A DNA stretch of 63,621 nucleotides, counting the filler. It is 6 parts of 6 records of this genome, joined end to end, with 100 filler letters (N's around TTAATTAATTAA, not from the genome) between each part and the next. Parts side by side here need not be neighbours in the genome. Positions count along the whole stretch, not along the records: positions 23,213 to 35,173 come from SRR31156797_8946; positions 35,274 to 52,454 come from SRR31156797_8949; 4 more parts are not named here. One strand, 5' to 3'. Below, piece by piece: positions 26,685 to 35,391 of this stretch. The notes under the pieces were generated by a model. That model made no database searches, was not told the DNA's origin, and was given only the letters and a program-made list of their open reading frames with translations. Made by a program: the position numbers and the translations under genes. Positions within the stretch are counted from its first letter, which is position 1. The number at the start of each line of letters is the position of its first letter.

Positions 26685-28715
26685 ATGCAATTCGCAAATT
26701 CCATCTGGTTGTTGGCAGGGGTGGCGGCCTGCGGAATCCTGGCTTTAAGTTTCTACCATTTTCAGAAAAAGAGCACCGCGGCATTACGGGAATTCGCCTC
26801 CGGCCGCCTTTTGGAAAAACTAACGCAAGGGGTTTCCCACAAAAAACGGATGATCAAACGGGTCATCCTGGTGCTGGCGGTGGCCGCTGTTTTTTTGGCC
26901 CTGGCCCGTCCTCAAATGGGCTTTCAATGGAAAGAGGTCAAGCGAAAGGGGATCGATATCCTGGTGGCGGTGGACACATCCAAAAGCATGCTGGCCGAGG
27001 ATGTGAAACCCAATCGTCTCGAACGCAGCAAATTCGGGATCATGGATTTTGTTTCCAAGCTGGAAGGAGACCGGGTGGGACTCCTCCCCTTTGCCGGAAC
27101 GGCCTTTCTCATGTGCCCTCTGACCCTTGATTATGACGCTTTCAGGAACTCTCTTGAAACCCTGGATACGGAAATTATTCCTCAAGGAGGGACAGATCTG
27201 GCCAGCGCCATTTATGAAGCGGAAGCCGCCTTTTCAAACGATGCCAACCATAAGATTCTGCTCCTGGTGACCGATGGGGAAGATCTGGAAGGGGAAGCCC
27301 TTTCCGCGGCCGCGGCGGCCCAAAAAAGAGGGTTGACCATTTACACTGTGGGTGTGGGAACCCCTTCAGGGGAACTGATTCCCCTTGTGAGCGGCGGAAA
27401 AAAAGGGGCCTTCGTAAAAGATGAAGCCGGTCAACCGGTAAAATCCCGACTGGATGAAACCATGCTTCAAAAAATCGCCGAGGCCACGGGAGGACGTTAT
27501 GAGCCGCTGGGACAACAGGCCGAAGGGCTGGAAGCCATCTATCGGGAAAAACTGAGTCTGGTGCCGAAACAGGATCTCGCGGAGAGGATGCAGCAAGTCC
27601 CCATTGAAAGATTCCAATGGCCCCTCATGTTGGCGATCATCCTGCTGCTGGCCGAGTTTGCCATTAGCGACCGCAAAAGAGCCGGGAAAACCTTTCCCGT
27701 CATTAAAACCGCCTATAGACGCATTCCAAAAATCGGACGGGCCACCGGCGCCACGACCATCGCATTGCTGCTCCTGCTGACCATTCTCCTTCTGGGATAT
27801 GGGGGTGCCCATGCTTCACCGGGTAAGGCCGAGGCCGCATACAAGGCCGGAAACTATGATCTGGCAATTGATGAGTACCGATCCGAAACAAAGAAGGCGC
27901 CCCGGGACCCCCAGTTACAATTCAACCTGGGGGCGGCAGCCTACAAGGGCAAAAAATATCCGGAGGCCATAAAATCATTCGAGCAGTCTCTCAATGTTCA
28001 GGACATCCATATGCAAAACCGATCCTATTACAACATTGGAAACACCCTGTACCGACAAGGGGAACAAACGGAAAAACAGAATCCTCAAGAGACCATCAAG
28101 AACTGGCAGGCTTCAATAAAAGCGTACGATAACGCTTTAAAACTGAAACCAAAGGATCAAGATGCCGAATTTAACCGGGACTTTGTGAAAAAGCGGCTTG
28201 AGGCACTCAAAAAGGATCAGAAACAGAAAGACTGCAATAAATGTGACAACAAGAATAACAAGGATCAAAAGAAGGACGATAAACAAAAAAACCAACAAGC
28301 CGACAAAAAAGATTCTCAACAAAACCGGAATAAAGATCAAAAGCAGAATAAAGATCAAAAACAAAATAACGGCGGACAGGATAAAAAATCCGCACAAAAC
28401 AAGAATCGAGGGAATAAGGACAAGCAACAGAACAAAAACGCAAAAGCAGAGCAACAAAAAGATGAGCCTGGAAAGAGGAACCCAAAACAGGCAAATTCCA
28501 ATGAAAATAAAAAAGGCCGGATAAAACCGTCACAAAAACCGGATCAAACCCGGTCGGCCCGGGCACCCAAGCCCAGGCGACCCGGACAGATGACCGAAGA
28601 ACAGGCTAAAAATTTACTGGATTCTCTTAAAGGCGATGAAAAAGCCATGCCCATGACCGCTCAGAACACAGGGCTGGGCGGGAAACCCCGAGATCAAAAA
28701 AGGAGGGACTGGTAA
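26685..28715 (+). CDS. BatB (vWA) - BatC (TPR, Q/K/N-rich tail) fusion protein
   Basis: DTSKSMLAEDVKPNRL, PLTLDY, VTDGE; then TPRs (FNLGAAAYK, YNIGNTLY, AEFNRDF), a low-complexity tail, QMTEEQAKNLL and a C-terminal RDW. Confidence 0.85.
   Translation: MQFANSIWLLAGVAACGILALSFYHFQKKSTAALREFASGRLLEKLTQGVSHKKRMIKRVILVLAVAAVFLALARPQMGFQWKEVKRKGIDILVAVDTSKSMLAEDVKPNRLERSKFGIMDFVSKLEGDRVGLLPFAGTAFLMCPLTLDYDAFRNSLETLDTEIIPQGGTDLASAIYEAEAAFSNDANHKILLLVTDGEDLEGEALSAAAAAQKRGLTIYTVGVGTPSGELIPLVSGGKKGAFVKDEAGQPVKSRLDETMLQKIAEATGGRYEPLGQQAEGLEAIYREKLSLVPKQDLAERMQQVPIERFQWPLMLAIILLLAEFAISDRKRAGKTFPVIKTAYRRIPKIGRATGATTIALLLLLTILLLGYGGAHASPGKAEAAYKAGNYDLAIDEYRSETKKAPRDPQLQFNLGAAAYKGKKYPEAIKSFEQSLNVQDIHMQNRSYYNIGNTLYRQGEQTEKQNPQETIKNWQASIKAYDNALKLKPKDQDAEFNRDFVKKRLEALKKDQKQKDCNKCDNKNNKDQKKDDKQKNQQADKKDSQQNRNKDQKQNKDQKQNNGGQDKKSAQNKNRGNKDKQQNKNAKAEQQKDEPGKRNPKQANSNENKKGRIKPSQKPDQTRSARAPKPRRPGQMTEEQAKNLLDSLKGDEKAMPMTAQNTGLGGKPRDQKRRDW
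28328..28363 (+). repeat. 18-bp coding tandem repeat (NKDQKQ x2)
   Basis: GAATAAAGATCAAAAGCA GAATAAAGATCAAAAACA. Confidence 0.7.
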
Positions 28716-30724
28716 TGGACATCCCCAAAAAAAACCCGGGAGTAAAAGTCATATCCCCGAGGCGAATGGTAATGGCCGGAGCCATGTTCCTGCTGGCCGC
28801 CGCGGCAGTGGCGTTCTTTTCCAGCGGCAGCCAGGCGGGTTGGGGCAAAGGGAATGGAAACAACAGTTCAGATATTTCCCGCGGCCGGGTCACCGCCGCC
28901 GTTGAACCCGGGGCCATTGCCATGGGTGAAGCGGCCATCCTGGTTGTTCAGGTGTCAGGTGAACAGGCCGGCCCTCCGGAACTGACGGCAGTGGACGGGC
29001 TCCGGTTTTATGCCATGGGTCGTAGCAGCCAATATCAATCCATTAACGGCCGCGTCTCCGCCACCACAAGCTACCTGTTTCAGGTTCAACCGGAACATGC
29101 GGGGGATTTTGTGATCCCTCCCATTCAAGCCCACATGGATGGAAATGTTCAGAAGTCCGAACCGGTCACCCTCCGCGTGACCCAAGGGGCATCCCGGCAC
29201 TCAAGGGGGAGCGCCCTTCCCTCCTCCCGGCAGCCTGCTCAAAACAGGGGTTCCGGTCAGGCCGGCGGCCATATGAAAACCGGGCGGCTTATGAGCTGGG
29301 AAGAAGGCAAACCGGCCTTTCTGAGGGTTCTTCCCCGGGCTGGAAAGGCTTATGTGGGCGAACTGCTCCCCATGGAAATCAAGGCCTACTTTCATCAGGG
29401 TGTTCAGGCCAGTTTGAGAACACTGCCGGTTATCACAGGGGGCGCATTTGCCTGTCGCGAGTTGAAGGACAAACCGGCACAAACGGAGGAGATCCTGGAC
29501 GGGGTTCCATATAATGTGCTGACCTGGTATACGGCCATGAGTGCCGTAAAAGAGGGAGAGCACCCGGTGTCGGCGGAACTCAATGCAACCCTGGGCATCC
29601 CGGAGCAGTCCCGTCGGCGCAGCTCCCTTGGTCGCGGCCTTTTCGATGATGATTTCTTCAGCGGTTTTTTCCAAAATATCCGGGAAGAATCGGTCAAGCT
29701 GACCAATCCCCGGCTTAAAATCCGCGTACTGCCCCTGCCGAAAATGGGTCGGCCGAAGGATTTCGCCGGTGCCGTGGGTCAATTTAAATTATCCGCCACG
29801 GCAACGCCCCAAAAAGCGATGGTGGGAGACCCCATCACAATCAGGATGCGCATCAAGGGAACCGGAAATTTTGACCGCGTGTCCACGCCTGCGCTGAAAA
29901 TGGATGAAGCATGGAAAACCTACAGACCATCCAGCTCATTCAAACCCCTGAACAGCGCGGGATACAAAGGAGAAAAGTCTTTCGAACAGGCCGTTATCCC
30001 CATGGACAGCGACATCAAGACCGTTCCGCCCATTACATTTTCCTATTTTGATACGGAAAAGGAAATATATATCACATTGAAAACAGAAGCGATCCCTCTG
30101 ATCTTAACCGCGGCACGAACGCAGCCCGGACATTCAACGACCGCCAAGGCGACAGCAAAAACAAATGAATCCGAAGAACCGGTTTCAACCGGAGAGAAAA
30201 ATCCGGGCAACAAAGAACTCGCGCCCCTTCACGTGGCCATGGGATCTCCGGTAAAAAACCTGCGGCCGCTGGTTGAAAACCCCTGGTTCATGGGGGCCCA
30301 GGGTCTTCCCGTGGGTGCCCTTTTCCTCGGTCTTTTTTTCAGTCACCGACAGAAAAGAAGGTTAAACGATCCGGGCCTCATTCGAAAAAAGCAGGTCAAA
30401 CAAAAAATCACCCTGTCCATCAGGAAAATGGACCGGGCCATCACGGCCCATGATGTACACGAGTTTTTTAATGCCTGCAGAACGGCCTCCCGGGAGCGAT
30501 TGGGGGAACTCTGGGGGCAACCCCCCGACAGCATTACCCAGGCGGAAATCAAGCTTCATTTGGGAGACAAGGGTAAAGGCATGGCAAGAGTATTTGAAAA
30601 TGCCGATGCGGTTGCTTACTCGGGCCGGTCATTCACACAGGAAGAACTTCAAGCATTTAGGGACCTGTTGGTCCGTGAGTTGAAGGATCTAGGCCATGAC
30701 CGACGGGTATCTCACCACCGATAA
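28715..30724 (+). CDS. batD: BatD family protein
   Basis: SSQYQSING, AYVGE, DFAGAVGQF, VGDPIT..IKGTGN, FSYFD; position in the bat operon. Confidence 0.8.
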   Translation: MDIPKKNPGVKVISPRRMVMAGAMFLLAAAAVAFFSSGSQAGWGKGNGNNSSDISRGRVTAAVEPGAIAMGEAAILVVQVSGEQAGPPELTAVDGLRFYAMGRSSQYQSINGRVSATTSYLFQVQPEHAGDFVIPPIQAHMDGNVQKSEPVTLRVTQGASRHSRGSALPSSRQPAQNRGSGQAGGHMKTGRLMSWEEGKPAFLRVLPRAGKAYVGELLPMEIKAYFHQGVQASLRTLPVITGGAFACRELKDKPAQTEEILDGVPYNVLTWYTAMSAVKEGEHPVSAELNATLGIPEQSRRRSSLGRGLFDDDFFSGFFQNIREESVKLTNPRLKIRVLPLPKMGRPKDFAGAVGQFKLSATATPQKAMVGDPITIRMRIKGTGNFDRVSTPALKMDEAWKTYRPSSSFKPLNSAGYKGEKSFEQAVIPMDSDIKTVPPITFSYFDTEKEIYITLKTEAIPLILTAARTQPGHSTTAKATAKTNESEEPVSTGEKNPGNKELAPLHVAMGSPVKNLRPLVENPWFMGAQGLPVGALFLGLFFSHRQKRRLNDPGLIRKKQVKQKITLSIRKMDRAITAHDVHEFFNACRTASRERLGELWGQPPDSITQAEIKLHLGDKGKGMARVFENADAVAYSGRSFTQEELQAFRDLLVRELKDLGHDRRVSHHR

Positions 30725-30754
30725 ACCCGAAATTTGTTTTCAGGGAGATAAAAA

Positions 30755-31630
30755 ATGAACCCACCTACAATATGCAAAAGAAGTAGCCACTTGATTTTCA
30801 TCCCGGTTTTGGGCATGATGTTACTGCTTGCATGGACCGGGAATACCGCTGCAGAGGATGCCATGGGTCAAAATCTTTTTGCTCTCGGTAATGAAGCCTA
30901 TGTGAAAGGGGACTACGATCAGGCCATTGCGCATTACAAGGGAGCCCTGGACCGGGATGGATACACGCCATCTTTACTGTATAACCTGGGTAACGCCTAT
31001 TACATGAATAATGAAATCGGGCAATCGATCCTCAACTACCAACGGGCCCTTTACCTGGATCCGGGGAATGTTCATATAAAGGAAAATCTGGCACTTGCCA
31101 GAAAAAAAGCGGGTCTGGGAATACCGGAACAAACTTCCTGGATGGTTTTTTTTAAACACTTGACCCTGAACGGATGGACATGGGCCGGTGTTATTGCCTT
31201 GTGCACCTTTTCAATGATGACCCTCATAAATGGGCTACGCCCCGGCACTCTCAAGGGCCCGGCGACGAAAATAACGGGTTGCATCTGCTTTCTGCTTTTC
31301 ATTGCAGCCGGCACCGGTGTGGCGGTACAATACGAAAACTTGAACCGGGGGGTCGTCACCGGTGAAAACTCCCGGCTCCGGGTTTCCCCATTCGATTCAG
31401 CAGCCGATTCTGGCGTTGTAAAGAATGGAAAAGAGGTTAATCTGGGCGATACTTACGAAGGATATGTTTTTGTCCAGGAGCCAAATGGCCAATCCGGATG
31501 GATACCGGAAAACACGGTGGATGCCATCCTGCCGACAGACCATATTCTAAAAACCAAAACGTCGACCACGCAATCCACCATTGGGAAGATCAATGGAAGG
31601 GGCGCAGCGCCTAACATAAACAAAACCTAA
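30755..31630 (+). CDS. batE: BatE-like TPR + SH3 protein
   Basis: FALGNEAY, LYNLGNAYY, ILNYQRALYLDP, two TM helices, C-terminal SH3-like GWIP. Confidence 0.8.
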   Translation: MNPPTICKRSSHLIFIPVLGMMLLLAWTGNTAAEDAMGQNLFALGNEAYVKGDYDQAIAHYKGALDRDGYTPSLLYNLGNAYYMNNEIGQSILNYQRALYLDPGNVHIKENLALARKKAGLGIPEQTSWMVFFKHLTLNGWTWAGVIALCTFSMMTLINGLRPGTLKGPATKITGCICFLLFIAAGTGVAVQYENLNRGVVTGENSRLRVSPFDSAADSGVVKNGKEVNLGDTYEGYVFVQEPNGQSGWIPENTVDAILPTDHILKTKTSTTQSTIGKINGRGAAPNINKT

Positions 31631-31646
31631 ATTAAAGGAGTATGTC

Positions 31647-33122
31647 ATGGAAATAACGATACTGAAAAAGACATTTTCATCAACACCGACCACAAGGCGC
31701 CTGATTTTTCTCATGGCCGCCCTGTTTACGGTGTCTTCCATTTACTTCATTTCAGCGACCCGTGCGGCAGCAGCAAAACAGCAGGACCATGTGCGGTGGG
31801 TACCTGAGAGTTTTTCGGAATTGGCCGAGAAATACAGTCCGGCCGTGGTTAACATCCGTTCGGAGAAAAACGGCAAACGTCGCATGGAAATGGATCCCCA
31901 CTACAGGGGAGGCCCCTTTGAAAAGAATGACCCCTTTCGCGATTTTTTTGAGAAATTTTTTGGAGGTCGCCCCCAGCAGGGATTTAAGCAAAGGAGTCTG
32001 GGTTCCGGTTTCATCATCGACCAGTCCGGCTTCATTGTCACCAACAATCACGTGGTGGAGGACGCCGATAAAATCAAAGTAATTTTAAATGACGACCGGG
32101 AGTTTGATGCGGAAGTCAAAGGGCGGGATCCCAATACGGATCTGGCACTCATCAAGATCAAATCGGACGGCAACCTACCCACCATTCAGTTTGGTAATTC
32201 CGACAATATCAAGGTCGGGGAATGGGTCATGGCCATCGGGAATCCTTTTGGTCTGGAACATACGGTCACCGTGGGCATCATCAGCGCCAAAGGTCGGGTG
32301 ATCGGTTCAGGACCCTATGATGATTTCATTCAAACCGATGCATCCATCAACCCGGGTAACAGCGGCGGCCCCCTCATTAACATGCAGGGGAAGGTGGTGG
32401 GCATCAATACGGCCATTATCGCAGGCGGCCAGGGCATCGGATTTGCCATTCCCGTCAATATGGCCAAAGGCATCATAGAGCAGCTACAGACCAAAGGTGA
32501 AGTCACCCGCGGCTGGCTGGGCATCGGCATCCAGGACCTTAACAAAGAATTAAAAGACTATTACGGCGTTAAGGGGAATGCGGGCGTTCTGGTCACCAAG
32601 GTTTTTCCGGGTGATCCCGCGGAAAAAGCCGGAATTCGCGACAAGGACATCATACTGGAAGTCAATGGCAAAAAAGTGGACAGCAGTCGTGAATTAAGCC
32701 GCACCATCGCCGAGTCCCCCGTGGGTCAGGAAACCGAACTTCTGGTGCTGCGCGACGGGGCTGAAAAAAAATTCACCATCGGGCTGGGGAAAAGGCCGGA
32801 GACCATGATGGCCGCCCAGGGTCCTGAAGTTGAGAAAAAGAACCCTTTGGGCATTGCCGTCAGCAACCTGACGCCGGAAATCATTCAGCAGTTCAGGCTT
32901 CAGGCTGAAAAAGGCGTCATGGTGGTGGGGGTTGAACCGGACAGTAAAGGAGATAAGGCCGGTGTGCTGCCGGGAGACCTTATCAAAGAGATCAATCACC
33001 GGCCGGTGGAAGATGTGGATCAATATCTGAAAGAAATTGGAAAATTTAAAGAAGGAGAGACCATTTCTCTTTATATTTTGAGAAGCAACAGGGGGTTCAT
33101 GGCCATCAAACTGACCAAATAG
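31647..33122 (+). CDS. DegP/DegQ (HtrA) serine endoprotease with two PDZ domains
   Basis: SLGSGFII, TNNHVV, TDLALIK, QTDASINPGNSGGPL, two PDZ domains. Confidence 0.95.
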   Translation: MEITILKKTFSSTPTTRRLIFLMAALFTVSSIYFISATRAAAAKQQDHVRWVPESFSELAEKYSPAVVNIRSEKNGKRRMEMDPHYRGGPFEKNDPFRDFFEKFFGGRPQQGFKQRSLGSGFIIDQSGFIVTNNHVVEDADKIKVILNDDREFDAEVKGRDPNTDLALIKIKSDGNLPTIQFGNSDNIKVGEWVMAIGNPFGLEHTVTVGIISAKGRVIGSGPYDDFIQTDASINPGNSGGPLINMQGKVVGINTAIIAGGQGIGFAIPVNMAKGIIEQLQTKGEVTRGWLGIGIQDLNKELKDYYGVKGNAGVLVTKVFPGDPAEKAGIRDKDIILEVNGKKVDSSRELSRTIAESPVGQETELLVLRDGAEKKFTIGLGKRPETMMAAQGPEVEKKNPLGIAVSNLTPEIIQQFRLQAEKGVMVVGVEPDSKGDKAGVLPGDLIKEINHRPVEDVDQYLKEIGKFKEGETISLYILRSNRGFMAIKLTK

Positions 33123-33187
33123 ACCCCACAAATGGGATCCGTAAATTCATAGAGTTTGCAAAATAATAATCAGTGTATTGTTTACAC

Positions 33188-33231
33188 AAAAAAAAGGACC
33201 ATAAGTTTTTTTCTTATGGTCCTTTTTTTTT
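33188..33231. terminator. bidirectional intrinsic terminator
   Basis: AAAAAAAAGGACCATAAG-T7-CTTATGGTCCTTTTTTTTT. Confidence 0.85.
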
Positions 33232-33233
33232 AC

Positions 33234-33297
33234 TGGAGGCGGCAACCGGATTGCGCCGGTTCATAACGGTTTTTCAAACCGTTGTATTTGCTTACCA
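33234..33297 (-). pseudogene. decayed tRNA-Cys copy / att-like remnant
   Basis: 33234-33252 is identical to the tRNA 3' end at 35145-35163; the T-loop is mutated, the anticodon arm ACGGT-TTGAAAA-ACCGT is retained, a TGGTAAG D-loop remnant is present, and the 5' acceptor strand is missing. Confidence 0.75.
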
Positions 33298-33317
33298 TCC
33301 TTTTTCATTACAAATAT

Positions 33318-34364
33318 TTATGGATTAATATAGGATTCCAAAATCGCGTCCCAGTTCGCAGATGCCCCTGAAGTAGGTTGAACGTTGGTGATGGAAAAGG
33401 CGTACGCCTGCCAGTCGGAATTCTCGCCGGCGATGTTCCGTATGGAGACAAAGCCATTCTCTGTTCCGGCAACGTCGATGACATTGACCACATGATCAAG
33501 CCTAAAGGTTGTATCCTGCTGAACCCGGGTGCCGCTTTCGTTGTAGCGGTTATATGTGTATGTTGCGTCACAAGCTCCCGCACCATCGCACCACGGTGAA
33601 ACACCCTCCGTTATACCCGGTTGCCAATAAAACACGATTATCCGAGTTGAAGCGTTAAGCGAACTATCATCAAGGAATATTCTCGAGCGTATGGAATGGA
33701 GAGCCCCTTGGTCCGAACAAGTTCCGCCTGTTGCCAATGAAGCCGCACAGGCCCTTGCATTAACATCAATTTCCTCTCGGCCATCGGAGGAGCCATAGAA
33801 CCCACGCAAAAAAGTACTTATGCCGGTGGTTCCCACCTCTTCAATGGGAACCATTGCCATGCTGTTTGAGGAACCCTCGGCAATGCGGACGTAGTAAATC
33901 CATCCTTCAAGACGGTTATTGGTACCCAATGGATAGCCGGTTTCCAGAGGATTCAGGGTCGTATCCGCCGTGACCACGTCAATGGTGATAAATCCCCGAT
34001 AATAATTACCCGTGGAATCGATAAGGGCGTTTTTTACCGCGGTGGAAGCCGAACCCAAGAGACCCCTTACGGAGGTATTCCAGCTCTCCGTATCCAGAAG
34101 GTTTTGGTTGCCGTACAGGTTCACGGCATTTCCATCAATATCCCATACATGATAATGAAATCTTGCACCACCGCTTACCGCCCAAAGAACCAACAATGTA
34201 TCATGGGGATGCGTTGATGAATCGACGCCCACTTCAAAAAAAGGTACCAAAAGGGTGGCGGCCGTCACCTTATCCGTCGCCCCGGGAATCCCGGCGGCGA
34301 ATCCCACGCCGGCAAACCAAAAAATAACGAAAGAAACCATGAGCCCACACATTGTTCTTTTCAT
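33318..34364 (-). CDS. uncharacterised secreted/surface protein
   Basis: Sec signal peptide ending GFA-A, N-terminal AATLLVPFFEV motif, G/S/T-rich beta-type composition, two close Cys pairs; GGAGG RBS favours the ATG at 34364. Confidence 0.7.
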   Translation of the reverse strand: MKRTMCGLMVSFVIFWFAGVGFAAGIPGATDKVTAATLLVPFFEVGVDSSTHPHDTLLVLWAVSGGARFHYHVWDIDGNAVNLYGNQNLLDTESWNTSVRGLLGSASTAVKNALIDSTGNYYRGFITIDVVTADTTLNPLETGYPLGTNNRLEGWIYYVRIAEGSSNSMAMVPIEEVGTTGISTFLRGFYGSSDGREEIDVNARACAASLATGGTCSDQGALHSIRSRIFLDDSSLNASTRIIVFYWQPGITEGVSPWCDGAGACDATYTYNRYNESGTRVQQDTTFRLDHVVNVIDVAGTENGFVSIRNIAGENSDWQAYAFSITNVQPTSGASANWDAILESYINP

Positions 34365-34447
34365 ACCCAAATCCTCCCCTGCCTAAATTAAAACATTGAA
34401 ATTCCTAATTTAAATTCAAGTTGAAATTACGAAGGCCTGAATAGCTT

Positions 34448-34483
34448 AAGCCTTCAAGGGACGGCCTTATCCCTTGAAGGCTT
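34448..34483. promoter_or_regulatory. perfect 14-bp inverted repeat in the leader of the islet gene
   Basis: AAGCCTTCAAGGGA-8 nt-TCCCTTGAAGGCTT. Confidence 0.6.
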
Positions 34484-34829
34484 CATATGGGTAGTCTTAA
34501 ATACCTTCTTCTCATAAATTCAAACCTCCGTTCCAACAATTTTCAAACTAAATTGACCTTTTTCATGAAAGATCCAGCGGCTCTGATTAAGATCATTTCA
34601 TAAAATTTCGACAGGTGCAAAAAGGTTAGTGATGTAAAAGATAAATTGGGCTCATAACAGCCATATTTAATAACAACTTTGGAGGAGTGCGTTCTGAAAA
34701 ACACCGGTGGCGGCAGGCAATGGAAAGATAAAAGAATTTCAGTGTGTAAGGAGAAATTCAAAAAGACCAAAGCCTTTATCATTCTGCCAGCGGCTTGGAA
34801 AAAAAGAAATTTCGAAAACTTTTTCATTT

Positions 34830-34910
34830 ACAGGCAACCCGGCTATCCCTCAGGAAATGGGACCCGCAGCTTTCCGTCCCCACCTTACGATGAGTTTGGC
34901 ATTTTTCTGT
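34830..34910 (-). ncRNA. cyclic di-GMP-I (GEMM-I) riboswitch
   Basis: minus strand ACAG-AAAAAU-GCCAAA-CUCAUC-GUAA-GGUGGG-GACGGAAAGCUGCGGGUCCC...GGGAUAGCCGGGUUGC-CUGU: P1 ACAG/CUGU, P2 with GNRA loop, GACGGAAAG junction, P3. Confidence 0.9.
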
Positions 34911-35099
34911 TTAGTATTTGAATGTTCAGTTTCTAAATCGAATAAAATACTAATTTTTTAATAAAATTAAGATTTCCATAAACAATATCACAATTTCTAA
35001 AAAAAAATAAGAAAAAAAGCGAAATTCGCGTTTAACCAGGATGCTGCCCCATAACTCGGAAATGCTATTTTGAACAGGGTGGTAACAAAATGGTATCAG

Positions 35100-35135
35100 A
35101 AAAAAAAAGGAGCTATGTCTTGAGACATAGCTCCT
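35100..35135 (-). terminator. intrinsic terminator downstream of the tRNA
   Basis: AGGAGCTATGTCT-TG-AGACATAGCTCCT hairpin next to an A-run, which is a U-run on the minus strand. Confidence 0.8.
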
Positions 35136-35144
35136 CAATTAACG

Positions 35145-35173
35145 TGGAGGCGGCAACCGGATTCGAACCGGTG
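35145..35173 (-). tRNA. tRNA 3' portion, probably tRNA-Cys (truncated by contig end)
   Basis: minus strand CACCGGTTCGAATCCGGTTGCCGCCTCCA: T-arm with GTTCGAATC, acceptor 3' strand, U73 discriminator and CCA; anticodon not in the contig. Confidence 0.8.
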
Positions 35174-35273
35174 NNNNNNNNNNNNNNNNNNNNNNNNNNN
35201 NNNNNNNNNNNNNNNNNTTAATTAATTAANNNNNNNNNNNNNNNNNNNNNNNNNNNNNNNNNNNNNNNNNNNN
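35174..35273. other. artificial contig-joining spacer
   Basis: N44-TTAATTAATTAA-N44. Confidence 0.98.
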
Positions 35274-35319
35274 CAAGGTTTTTTATTCGTGCGTCAGTAC
35301 TGTCCGCATCAAAAGCATT

Positions 35320-35348
35320 TTGCAACGGAATTCATTTTATGCTAGCAT
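35320..35348 (+). promoter_or_regulatory. sigma70-type promoter of pcm
   Basis: TTGCAA - 17 nt - TAGCAT with an extended TG. Confidence 0.5.
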
Positions 35349-35391
35349 GCCCATTGCTTTTGACCGTGTATGCATAAATTGAGAGAGAATC

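Larger units (their letters stand above)
33234..35163. mobile_element. tRNA-Cys-anchored genomic islet (~1.9 kb, no integrase inside)
   Basis: 19-bp direct repeat TGGAGGCGGCAACCGGATT at both ends; one cargo gene plus a riboswitch; AT-rich intergenic DNA. Confidence 0.55.

Noticed and set aside
28200-28520. A-rich repetitive DNA resembling an array
   Set aside because: It is the K/Q/N/D low-complexity coding tail of the BatB-C protein and has no repeat-spacer structure
34543-34961. Short ORFs (94, 80 and 84 aa) in the islet leader
   Set aside because: No RBS or recognisable motifs, and two of them overlap the riboswitch on the opposite strand; not called as CDS
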